Part shown: piece by piece, positions 19,847 through 32,200 of the stretch
Numbering within the stretch: the first letter of the stretch is position 1
Layout of the letters: the number at the start of each line of letters is the position of its first letter
NCBI RefSeq assembly: GCF_009914755.1
Contig: NC_060941.1
Length of the DNA: 64,000 bases
Strand: one strand, 5' to 3'
Source: the human T2T-CHM13v2.0 reference genome, Homo sapiens
The notes under the pieces: generated by a model
What the model saw: only the letters and a program-made list of their open reading frames with translations
Told to the model about the DNA's origin: nothing
The model's database searches: none
Program-made: the position numbers and the translations under genes

Positions 19847-21105
19847 TGATGTCAGAAAAAATACTGAATGCCACAATCTGGGCTCATGGTGTGTGGGCGG
19901 CTACACATCAGGGTTCAGCATGTATGTTGAGGGGTCTGCCTTGGCCCCTCTATTCCTGGGCCCAAGCAGATGGGGTAGCAGGTGGGGAGGGGTCTCAGTT
20001 GTCTGGGTGGGCTTTCTGGCCCACCCCACTCTCCCCCTCACCCAGGATGGGGCGTCCTGCTGGGTCAGGGAGTCTCAGGGCTCCCAGGCAGTCTGAACGC
20101 TGGAACTTGGGCATCACTGCACTGGGTCCCCTCCCCAGGGTGCAGCAGGCCCTACATCATAGGGCACACCCACCCTACCTCCCCTTCAATCCCACTCAGT
20201 CAGGCCAGGCCCTGCCCAGGCCCCTTGGGGCTGCAGTTTCTCAGGGAACAGCACTGCCCAGAGCGCCTCCCCTACGGCAGCCACTGCCCACCCCGCCCTA
20301 GGCATCCCTCTCTGCGGCCCCGCAGGGGCATGAGAGTGGCAGCATGGCGGCAGGCTCCCTGTGCAGTGTGCTTCCTGCCAGGGAACTCGTCAGCCTCCTG
20401 CTGGTGTCACACATCCCTGACCCTCCCTCAGGGTCCTCCCAGGTTTCCCAGGCCCGGGGCAGGGGGCAGAGCAGCAGGAGACAGGAGTGGTGATCCACCA
20501 GGCAAGGGGCTGGGCTGGTGAAGGCATCCTCTGGGATCCCTGGCCAGGCTGGGGCCAGGAATGGGAGAGGCTCGGGGGGATGCTGGGGCAGAGCCCAGGA
20601 GCTGGAGGGGAAGCAGGCGGGGAGAGAGCAGAGCCCCGCTGAAGGGAGCCACAGTGAGCCCTGGGCACAGGTGGGACAGGCCTCGAGTCCTCCTTGGCCA
20701 GGAGACTCCCAGGAAGGATGGCACGAAGGCAGGGGTGGGCCGCCAGGAGCCTGCGGAGCCCGTCCACATCTGCCAGGCACCGCCTGTACGACAGGCCAGC
20801 TCCCAGCGTGGTTGAGGTCCCAGGTCCCTCCGGCGCCCAGCAATGCCCGGGTCCCAGACAGGACAAGTTCCTGCCTCCCTCTTACCAGCAGGACCTGCCG
20901 GGCATCTGAGCTGCCTGGGGTGTCACAGGTGAGCCAGCAGTGGCGGGTGGGAAGTGACGTGTCATGGGTGAACAGCAGTGGAGGGTGGAGCTGTTGAGCC
21001 AGTCCTGGGCGGCGTATGGCTGGATAGGAGGTGTCCCAGGCCACACTTCGAAAAGGACAAATGGACTAGGTCGCTGCCCTGGACCCATAACATGCACCTG
21101 GCTGT

Positions 21106-21376
21106 GCCCCCCGCTCCCCCCACACCCCGCTCCCTACCCCTCCACCCCCTGCTCCCCCCCACTCCCCACCCCCACACCCCTCCGCTCCCCCCCCCGCCTC
21201 CCCTCACATCCTCCCCACTAGCCCCCATCCCCCTGGCTCCCCCCCCCGCTCCCCCCACCCCCACCGCTGCCTCCCATCCTCCCGCTCCACTCCCCCGCTC
21301 CCCCCACTCTCCCATCCCCCCCGCTCTCCCCCCACTCCCACTACTCCCCACCCCCACTCCCCACCCGCCCTGCCCC
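21106..21376. repeat. C-rich low-complexity tract
   Basis: ~270 bp dominated by C runs separated by 1-4 nt spacers. Confidence 0.9.
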
Positions 21377-21439
21377 AGGCAAGCCTCAGGGGTGGTGGCT
21401 GTTGACTGCAGGAGCAGAGCCAGAACAGCTGGCGGAGAC

Positions 21440-21530
21440 CAAACCTGGTCATCCTTCACAGGCTGTGTGGCCATGGGCAAGTCACTCTACCTCTCTGGGT
21501 CCCGGTCTCCACATTTTCAGAGTGAGGGCA
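21440..21530 (+). mobile_element. MIR SINE fragment
   Basis: GGCTGTGTGGCCATGGGCAAGTCACTCTACCTCTCTGGG resembles the MIR core. Confidence 0.6.
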
Positions 21531-22469
21531 GTTTCTCTGTGCCCTGAAAGTGGCTGGGAGTCTAGGCCAGGTGACAGCTCAGGGCAAGTTCTCAAGGGCC
21601 CCAGAAGCATCTGGGGTGCAGGGGAGGTTCCAGGATCCCCAGTTCCCACCTTTAAATGAGGTGACTCGAGACCCTCTGAGATGAAGGGACCCTGAACGTT
21701 GATCATTTTGACCTCCCATCTCTAGGAGCATGTCCAGAGTCTGCCATTCCTTCCAGAAAGGAAAAAGGAGAACTCACATCAAGATCTCCCTTGTTTAGCC
21801 AGGGAGGTGGGAGTGGGGCCGGGGGGCAGCCAGGAAACATGAGCACGTTCGTCATGGAGGGCAGGGGCTGCACGGGCGGCCAGGCAGTGTGAGCCCATGG
21901 TCAGCACCAGCGGCGAGCTGTCATCTCCCTGTGCCTCAGTTCCCTTCCCTGTAAAACAGAACTCTGCACCGCCCCCGACCCCATGCCAAGGTGCTGGGCA
22001 AAGCTGCAAAGGTGCTGGTGCCCGGCCACCCTCAGTCAAGGCGGCAAGAACCCCTCGGTGAGTGGACGTGGCCCCACAGGGATGTAGAGGATGAGGCAGA
22101 ACCCAGGGCTCCCCGAGTTCCAAGTCCACGCTCCCCTGCACACGGGCCCACCGCCGCCCTTTCCAGAGAGAAAAAGAAATTTCTGTCTAAAGTCAGTCAG
22201 AACACCCCCAGACTCCACACTGGTGACGTCCGAATCCCCCCGGACACCGGTGTGGCCTCAGTCCTTCCTCCCAGCTGGTTCGCTCAGCTCTTGCTCCCTG
22301 CCAGCCCCCAGGTCCTGGTCCTTCTGCCACAGGCTAGCAGGCACCCCACAGCCCGATGGCGGCTCAGATGGAGACTGCGGTACTGGATATCCTGGGGGTA
22401 ACATCACAGCCACACCCTCCGCCAGGCTGGGGACAGCTGCCCATGGGCCGGGCCAGGCCAGTGCTGGGA

Positions 22470-22830
22470 TTATGTCTGGGGCCACCCAACAAAAGACCAC
22501 AAATGGGGCAGCTGCAAACAACAGAAGTCTATTTTCTCCGAGTCCTGGTGGCCGGAACCAAAATCAAGCTATCGGCAGGACTGTCCTCTCTCTGCAGGCT
22601 GCAGGGGAGGTTCTTCCCGCCTCTTCTGGCATTTGGTGGCCCCAGGTGTCCCGTGGACGTGGCCGTGTCATTCCCATCTCTGCCTCATCTTCACGTGGCC
22701 TCTGTCGCCTCCCTCTCAAATCTCCCCCGACCTCTGTCTTCTAAGGGCCTTTGTCTCTGGACAAAGACCCTTTTCCCAAATAAGCCTGTCGTGTTCACAG
22801 GCTCCAGGTGGACCGATCATTTGGGGGCCA
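22470..22830 (-). mobile_element. MLT1 (MaLR) LTR
   Basis: AAACAACAGAAGTCTATTTTCTC...AAATCAAGCTATCGGCAGG...CAAAGACCCTTTTCCCAAATAAG. Confidence 0.7.
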
Positions 22831-23694
22831 CCACTGTGCCCACTGCAGTGGAGTCGGGGACGGGGCCACTCATGGCCATGAGGCCACAAACGGGTGTGGG
22901 GTCTGAGAGCAGCAGGCAGGTCACCCAACACCAGACAGGAGCAAGCCCAAGCAGGGGTGGCCGAGAGAGCCGGGAGGGTGATCGGGTGAAACGCCTGCCC
23001 TCAGAGGAAGAGACGGGACATGGCCCACGGCGGGGTCTCACCTGCGGCCTCTGGTTCTCCCCGTGCTTTGGCGCCGCTCCCGCTCCATCCTGTCCCTTCA
23101 CTCCCCTGTTGGAGAGGGTTTTCCCACAATGGCCTGGACATGGAGGGCTCGGGAGGTGGGTGACCTTCCCAGTGTGCCCAGCTGGAACTGGTCGACTTGG
23201 GCCCAGGTCCATGTGAGTCCCGGGCCCCGCTGCCTCCTGAGACCAAGGAGCATTTCCCTCTCTGGCGATGGGCACGGGAGCTCCTGGCAGGACGGCGACC
23301 GTCCGGTGGGCCCGGAGAGGAGGCAGCTGCTGCACCCTCGGCGCTGGCTCTCAGGGATGGCTGGGCTGTTAGGCCCGAACTAGACCTGCTGCCGCCGTGT
23401 GGAGAAGAGGTGGCCCCAGGAGCCCACTGTCTCGGGTGTGGGCCATCTCCATGCCTGTTCCTGTCCCCATCACACACCAGGCAGTCCCCACCAGCGCCCA
23501 CATCCTCACCAGGGCTCTCCACGTCCCCTCCTCTGGTCCCCACCCATGTGTCAGCTCCTCACAGTTCCAAGGGGCCACCCAGCATCCCCGGGGCCCAAGC
23601 CCTTAGAGGATGTGGTCTGGGAGGGTGGGACAGACACTTCTTCCCCAAGTCTGCCTCTGATGTGTCACCCAAACCTTTAAACTTTGCACCTCAG

Positions 23695-24009
23695 TTTTAT
23701 TTATTTATTTATTTTTATTTTTTTTGAGACAGACTCGCTCTGTCGCCCAGGCTGCAGGCTGTGGGGTGTGGCGTGATCTCAGCTCACTGCAACCTCCGCC
23801 TCCCAGGTTCAAGCGATTCTCCTGCCTCAGCCTCCTGAGTAGCTGGGATTACAGGTGTGCGGCACCACATCCAGCTAATTTTTGTATTTTTAGTAGAGAT
23901 GGGGTTTCACCACGTTGGCCAGGCTGGCCTCGAACTCCTGACCTCAGGTCATACACCCGCCTTAGCCTCCCAAAGTGCTGGGATTACAGGCATGAGCCAA
24001 TGCACCTGG
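23695..24009 (-). mobile_element. Alu SINE (AluS)
   Basis: Antisense dimer with (TTTA)n tail. Confidence 0.93.
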
Positions 24010-25567
24010 TGGGACCTCAGGTCTATAATGATCTAAATCACCCAACAGGAGGAGGCAGCAAGACCTGGCAGCGAGGGCCAAGCAGGAAGGCCATCTGCCT
24101 GCCCCCTGCCTGTCCCCTCCCCACCCCCAGCTCTCCCAGGCACTACAGCCTGGGGCAGCCCCTCCCCCAGGGCCCCACCCTCAGCCTCCTGTGCAGGTGA
24201 GCAGGAGCGGGCAGCCTCACTGGAGCCCAGATGACGGAGCCGGAGCCCCTGCCCCACCCCACCTGCATTTGAGGGGTGGGATCTGCTTCTGGCCATGAGG
24301 GAGGACAGACCCCCACACTCTACAAAGCCTGCCCCTTGGCTGCTTGGCTGTCTGGGCCAATTCTGGTTGTCCTGAACCAGAGGCCACCAACGGGCCCCGT
24401 GGAGGCTCAGAACCAAAATCCCACATTCTCAGAGGTTCTTGGGGTCCTCAGGGTTGGGTAGTGCAGCAGCGTGCAGGCTGGGAGGGAAGCCTGGGATCAA
24501 ATCCTGGCTCCCCTTCTTCCCGTTTGGTGGCCTTGACGGAGAGTGAGGGCTTCCTGGTGACTGAGCCTCGCTTTCCTCGTGTGTCCTGGGCTCGGAGAAG
24601 TCCTTTCTGGAGGAAGGAGGGTCCCTTCCTCTTGGTCAGGGCGGGAAGAAATGTGCCCCAAGGAGGGATGGCAGCGCCCACTGCGCCCCTTTCCTCCTCC
24701 CCCCACCCCGGGCTCCTCCTCTGATTCCGTTTTGGGGACTCTTTCCTGCCCCTCAGAGTCTGAGGCTTCTAGGCCTGCGCTGTTCATACCTTGACCCCAC
24801 CCCAGCCCCCATGTTCGCAAGCCTGTGTCCCCTGGAGCCTCTTGTCACAGAGGACCCTCTCCTGTGGAGTCCCAGGGCTCCACTCGCCCCCATGGGGTTT
24901 CCAGCTTGCAGCCTGGGGTCCTGGGACGGGTGCAGGGAGGCAAGTGGCCCCCAGCCCACGGAGCCCCATCATGCAGAAAATTCGGCAAAACCCAGCTTCC
25001 TCCGAGTGAGGCGGCTGTCCCAGGGCAAGCTCGGGGAGGGCACTGTTGCCCCGCTGTCCCTTGGCCACGGCAGGGTTAGGCTGTAGCATGGGCAAGACTC
25101 AGGGACACAGAAATCGGAAGGGGAGTCTAAAAGGGGGTCCAGCCCTGCCCAGCAGCCTCACCACCTGGTGGCATCACCCCCACGCTGGGCGAGCTGCCCC
25201 CTCTCCAGGGCAGGGCTCCAAACCGCTCTGGGGGAAGCTGGCCTCAGCTGGGTGTCGGGGGGCCTGGGCCCATTTGCCTGGACGCTGCGGGCACCCTGCC
25301 CCTCTGGCTCCCCGGGGTCCTGGGCCTCTCGCGGGCAGGAATGCCATCTGTGCCATCTGACCAGGGCTCCCCTCACTGTGCACCCTGGCGTTTTGGGGCG
25401 TGGGAAGGCGTTCAAGGCTGGTTTCTGTTTCCCCGTCAAGCCCTGAGTGGAGTGCGACCGGAGGCTGGCCAGTGGCTCCCCGGGCACCTAGGGGAGGCTG
25501 GGGGCAAACTGAGGCAGTCTAGAGCCTACAATCACTCCAGGGGCCTGTGGGGCAGGGACAGGGCTGA

Positions 25568-26054
<487 letters not shown>

Positions 26055-27379
26055 TAAAAAGAGAATAAAACCCACCCATCAACCCATCATGCTATACCCA
26101 GGAACACTACCTCCAGCTTCCAGGACCCCCAACCTCAGCCAAGGGTCTCCACATACTTCTCTCTTCTGTAATTGGGTCTTCCCGCGGAGGCTGGGGCCTG
26201 GGCGGATGGATGCCCAGGGTGGGGGCTACCTCCTCTGGACTGCCGAGACCTCCCCAGCAATGAGGTGCCAGACCAGGACCGGGGTGAACTCACCATGAGC
26301 TTCTGTTGCCGTCTGGGCCTGGGCTGGGAGCAGGAATCTCTGGGGAAGGCCAAGCATGTTTCAGAGTCATCGGGATCAGGGCCACCCTCTCCCTCCCCCA
26401 GTGTCTGCAGCCATTTTCATAGGAAAAAAACTGGGTTTAACAAAGCTGTTCCAGACCTCCTGACCTGAAACTGATTTCTACCCTTCCGTGTGGCCCTAAG
26501 GCTCCCAGGCACGAGGCGCATAGCTAGGGGAAGACAGTGCCTCTGACACCCATTTAAGAGTTAACTGAGGCCAAAAAGCCGCTCTGCACGCCCCTCTTGT
26601 TCAGAGGCCCACTGATCCCCTGGTCCCGTGGTCACCACGGGGTATGGGTGCAGACAAAGCCGTGTTCATGGAAGCTCCGGGCCTGATGACAGTGGCACAA
26701 GGACCCCATTCTCTGCTGTCTCCAGCTGCATCCCCTCCCCCAGCCGGCCTGACATCAGAGACAGCGGGTCAGACATCCCGGGATCCCCCACTCCCACCCC
26801 AGGGCGCAGGCTCAGCTGCTGGGGCTCAGGGAAATGCACAAGAGGGCCTGTGCTGGGGAGACAGGGCGTGGATGAACTGCCTGAGTGGTGCAGACAGCTG
26901 CAGCTTGGCCCAGCAAGTCTTCAGTGGGAAGCTGCCTGCATTTTTACAACTGATTTTTGAACCTGAAAGTGGAGGTTCACATCCAGCCTGTTCAACGTAA
27001 TCTTGTTGGTTCCAGTCCAACGTGACCTTTTGGAATCTGGTTTCCAGACTCTTGCCATATATTAGCAGTTCCTCCCGGCTGCAGGCTGCGATCTGCCTTG
27101 CTGGGGCCTCATCCCAGAGAAACAGGCTGGCCGGGAGCATTCGGAGGGGCTTCCCAGGAAGAGCTGGACCCTGACACATCTTTCCGTGGGTGCTGTGGCC
27201 AAGACGCCCAATGGCTGGTCATGAGGCCCATTTTGTTCTGCTCCTGGTCTACAAGGCAGAAGTCGGGACGCATCATGTCTGCCCCAGCCAGGAGTCTTAG
27301 GGTTGTCCCAGGCCCAAAAGTCAGCCAACCCTAGTACTAGTTTTCCAGAAGAATCCAGAGCCTACGCACCCAGGCCCTC

Positions 27380-27445
27380 AGTGTGAACAAGGGCACGTTA
27401 TTTGCTCTCACAGTCTCCTTCTGCTCATCTGTAAAATGGGCATGG
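27380..27445 (+). mobile_element. MIR SINE fragment
   Basis: CTCATCTGTAAAATGGG MIR core motif. Confidence 0.5.
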
Positions 27446-27749
27446 CCACCATGCCCTCTGTGTCCCAGGCTGTCTAGAGGGTTGAGCAGGCAGGGTAGGA
27501 TCTGGTACCCACCATGCCCCCGATGCCCACGCAGGCCAGAGAGGGGAGAAATGGAGTTGGCTGAGGCCTGGCCCTCCAATGCCCTCTCTGGGCTCTGAAC
27601 CAGGGCTCCGTCCGTCCCCTGGGGCTGCCTCCCGCAGGCCAGGGCTCCTTTATCCTCCCCGTTGAGCACCTGGGGCGCGGGGATGACAGCCTCATTTCCC
27701 CAAGCAGCCCCCACAGGGCTCCCTGGATTCCTCTCTGACAAGCACATGC

Positions 27750-29230
27750 GCCGGCTCTGGTCTTGGCTCCGTGTGCCCCAGCACGACAGAACAAGTGCGG
27801 CAAGACCCAGGCCTGCAGGGCGGCGGCAAGTGCCCGGAGGGGCGGAGGCGGGGGTAGGGGGTATGCCGGCGCCCGGCAGTGTCGCTGTCCCCGCGCCACC
27901 GACCCCACCCCGGCGTGACCTTCCCTGCCGCGCGCCCAAAGGCCAGCAAAGCAGGCGGCGCTTTTAAGGACGCGGCGGCGCGGCGGGTTCGGTGCCAGGA
28001 GGCGCCGGGGGGCGGAGGGAGGGGGCGCTCGAGGCCAGAGGAGCGACCCCCGGCAGCCACCCAGGCGCGCCCCGCTCGTCACTCGCTCTCTTCTCCCACT
28101 TGCGCCGGCCGGGGGCGGGGCGCGGCGGCGAGGGTGGGGGCTGGGCAGCCGGGGTCCTCCCTCCCCCGCTGTGCTGGAGGCAGCGGGGCGCTCCCCGGAG
28201 CTGGGGCGCGGAGGGAGGGCCGAGGGCGCGTCGGAGCCTCATCCGGCCTGGGCCCTCCGAGCGGGAGCGACCCGGGTGCGGGGCCCCACTCTGCCTGGTC
28301 GCCCCGAGCGCGTGGAACGCGAGCCGAGGTTCCGCCCGAAATGCGGCCGGCGAAGGGGTGCGGTCCGGGCGGGGTCGCGCGCCCCCAGCACGCTGCCTGG
28401 GCTCTGGAATCTGGGAGAAGCCTCCAGCACGGGCTCCCGAGCGCACAAACTCAGGGACGCCCTTCCTCCCGTCCCTGGTCCCCTCCCCGAAAAGCGAGGG
28501 GGACGGGCCTGGAGGGAAACGGATTCGGTTTCGCTCCGCTCTCGTCAATTTTCTGTTTAATGTCACCGGGCCCCACTGTGGGAGTAGGAAGCGCGTCACC
28601 CGGGCCATAAATTTGCGGTGATGGCGCCTCCGGCCGCCTCCCCAGACGGAGGGACAGGGCCGACTCCGGAGCAGGTGGGGCCGCCGAGACTCGACCTCCG
28701 CGGTAGGCGCTGCGCGGCTTCTCCCGACGCGGGTCCCGGGCGCGCTCGGCCGCCCCTCCCGCCGCATCCGCCCGCGCCCGGCCCCGCCGCGGGATTTCCA
28801 AAGGGCTTTTGTTCCGGGCTTGGATGTAGAGGCTTTGATTTTTTTACCACCCGCCTCAGGAGACTTTTTGCTTGGAAAAGTCCTGCTATTAAAACAAAAA
28901 CAAAAACCAATCAATTCCGGAGGGAAGAAAATGCCTCCAGTGTGTGTCTGCGCTTCCCCCGGGCCGAGGACGGTGGTCGGGGCTGCGTATTGCCCGGACC
29001 CCGGGTAGGGGAGGCGCAGAGACCCGGCCCTAATGGACTTCGCTCGGAAAGGCCCCGGCGGAAGTGGCCGGGAGAGCGGGCGGCTGCGTGGGTCTGGGCC
29101 CTGGCCCGGGGCAGGCTCCTCTGGCCTGCCTGCCTTGGCTGCTTGGAAAGGGATTTCTGGGGAGTCTCCCTTTGGGGGCACTTTCCCCGAAACTCCTCTC
29201 CCGCCTGGGGAATTACCCCTGCAGCGGGTA
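27750..29230. promoter_or_regulatory. CpG island upstream of BAHCC1
   Basis: Very high GC with abundant CpG and GC boxes (GGGGCGGGG). Confidence 0.85.
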
Positions 29231-32200
29231 CTGATGCTTCATGAATTGAGATGGAATACGTATTTGTTCAGGCCAGAAAAAAAAAATGAATCTATTGAAT
29301 GATTTTTAATTTAATGGATCAACTGTCCTGTTAACAAAAGAGGCGGTGGCCGTGTTTGGCGCCAGGCGGGAGGCAGCAGTCAGGTGGTCCAGGGGCTGGA
29401 GGTGAGGGCTTTGCCGCAGGCGCATGCTGCTCTGTGAGAACTCCGAGGAATAACTCACTGGAGGGCTATAAATGCTGAAGGTAACCAGGCCAAGGACTCC
29501 AGTGCCCCCAGAAGTCGCAGGGGAGAGACAGTCTGTCCCCTCTGGTCCAGCCCAGGGAGGGCCTGCAGCCTCCCCATGGGAGCCATGGCCAAGGGGGAGA
29601 AAGGTCTCCAGGGCTGGAGGGCAGGTGGGCGGTGGGGCTCATCTCAGGGGCAGGGCGTGGGGGTTTGTGGGCCAGGACCCACCCAAGGGCTGGGTCTGGG
29701 AGGTGCTTGGGGAGCCCAGGGCGACCTGGTGTGTGCCCTGCGGGATGCCCCGAGGGCTCCTGCTTGTGTTGCCAGCACCTGCCCTTGGGAGCCGTCAGCT
29801 GGGGCCACGATGCTGGCAGGGTGAGGCCTGGCAGGGTCTGGGGCTTTTGGAGGGTGGGGGCTAAGGGAACCCCTGGTGGAAGCTGCCTTCAGGGTTCCTG
29901 CCTGCCTTGAGGATGGGTGATAAGGGGCTGGGCCCTGCCCTCCTGCTGCCTGGGCTCTGTAACTGATGCTCAGAGGACCGGGTGGAGTTGGGTGGGAGAC
30001 CTAAATGCTCCACGGTCCTGTAGGTCTCAGCTGGCCTGGCCCCGCCACCCAGCCCACACCCTTCCCCTAGGGCCCTCTCACCAGTGTGAGAATAGGCCTG
30101 GGGAAGTCTGGGCCCGGGAGGCCCCCGACCCCCACTGTCCAGACACCCTGACAGCGACACGTGTAAACACCGCCAAACAGTGGAGACAGGCAGCCCTGCC
30201 GCCCCTCCGCCTCTGCAGCCAGGCCTGGTCTGGCAGGGAGTGGAGGCAGGTGTCCTTGCAGGGAGGGCCCGAAGCCAGGCTCTGCCTTGGAGGATGCTCC
30301 GGAAGGACCACATAAGCAGTGCCCTCGTTTGGATTGGTCCTGCCTGAGCATTGTCCCCAAGCAGGGCAGTTTCAGCCACTAGGCCCTCCCAACCCCCATC
30401 TGTCTGATCTGGGCTTTCTCTCCCGGGTCTGGCTTCCTGTCCTCATCCTCATGGGCAGGAAGACGGAGGGCTGTTTCGGGTCAACCTCCTGTAAGGAAAA
30501 CCGATTACTCTTTATTCCAGCAGATCCCCAAAGCGCATCCCTTGGCCCAGAGATTCCCAGAGAACCCTGCCCCTCCAGGTCCACCCCCAGACTGGCTGCC
30601 TGGGGGGAAGGAGCCGGCCTTTAGGGAAGGCAGCCTGGCATGGTGGAGGTTCCCTGGGCTCCTGGGCCTTTCTCCAGCCCTCCAGCCGCAGAGGTGACAG
30701 TGACCAGGGGGCTGGAGGGGCAGCAGGACAATGGTGAGTGGAGGGGGGCTGGGAGGCTCCCTCCTCAGCCTGGGGGTCCCTGGCAACTCCCACCTTCCTT
30801 GATCCCCTCTAATAATTGCAACAATAACACTGTCACTAATAAAAAGGCAGGGGAAACCAGGCAAAGGGGCGCTTCTGCCCTTTATGAAAATCACTTTAAT
30901 TTAACCCAGATGGGTCTTGTTGATAACCTCATACAATGAGCACCCTGAATTATACTTTCCGTGAGAACACACTAGTTATATTTAGCCACAAATTACGACT
31001 CTGTGTTTAACAAGCAACTTTGAGAGTGGGGAGGGGGCCGGGCAGCCTCCTGACCTGGTTGGACAAAACCGGCAACTGCAGCAATGGAGACCCCCTCGCT
31101 GGAGGGGACGCCGAGAAAGCCGTGCCACGGGCTTCTGAGTCTCTCTTCTCTGCTGCTCTAGTTTCTTTAAAACACTTACAACCTCGTCCGAGGTCTGTCG
31201 AGGAGACTGTGGCCTTCAGGTACAACCTGAGCCTCCCCCAGGATCCCTGGGACTTCTGCCTTCCCACACCCCCAACCTGGCTCCCTGCTTGGGCTGGAGC
31301 CGGGGACCTTCTGGGAGAGCCCAGTTCGACAGGCTGGGGGGCTGGGGGCCGTGTGTGCCTGGAGGACAATCCTCCTACCCAGGTCTGGCCCCTGACAAGT
31401 CTTGCTCCTCTGTGGCCTGCCTCAGCCCCCTTACCCTGGGCCTCAGCCCAGGCCTGGTCGGGAGGGGGCAGGCGCTGGGGACGAGGGTGAGGGCACTCCC
31501 TCCATGCAGCCCCCTCCCCTGCCACCTCATCCCCTGGGTCCTGATAAATAATGAAGGGGCTGTGACTGGAAGCTTCGTTTTCAGTGGGGGCAGCCCCCTT
31601 CCCTTCGGAACCTTCGCCGTCCTCTTCCCCTCCACAACAGTTCTGCTCCTAGGAAGGGTAAGCCTCCAAAGGCAGAAGCTGTGGCAGAGAAAAGGCTGTC
31701 CCCCCACTCCAAGGCACGGACCCTGGGGCTTCCCGATCCTCCCCAGAGCCAGAGGCCACACCGCTGAGCAGGGGAGGTGAGGGGGGAACACACAGACCTT
31801 TCCCCCACACCCTGTTCCCTCCAGGCACCAGGCAAGGCCCTCATGAAAAGAACTCGCCCCAGTCGATAGCAGAGGGACCCGTACAGGCAGATGGGTGGGG
31901 TGGGGGGTCAGGACCTCTTCCAGGAGGGAGTGGGATTGTTCCTAACCCCCTGCCCCCAGCTGTCCTCTGGAACACTGATTCTGGGGTGGGGGTGAGCTGC
32001 TGCTGCCCTCCAGTTGAGGGAGGTCTCTGTGCTGTGAACCATCTTAGATCCCCCACCTCTACCCCACCTCTACCCCGCCTACCCCTCCTGCCGCCAGCCC
32101 CAGCCTCAGGCCTGGCCTCTGGACTTGTCCCCCTGCGCCTCTGGTGGGAAGAATTAAGAGTCAATTTTTGTCGTCAAGAAATTGTTTCTAATTTGCCCTT

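Noticed and set aside
20978-21547. Proline-rich 189-aa ORF
   Set aside because: Product of the C-rich low-complexity tract
27964-29181. 405-aa minus-strand ORF
   Set aside because: Lies in a CpG island; Arg/Pro/Gly/Ala-rich, no recognisable domain, long ORFs in several frames: stop-codon scarcity
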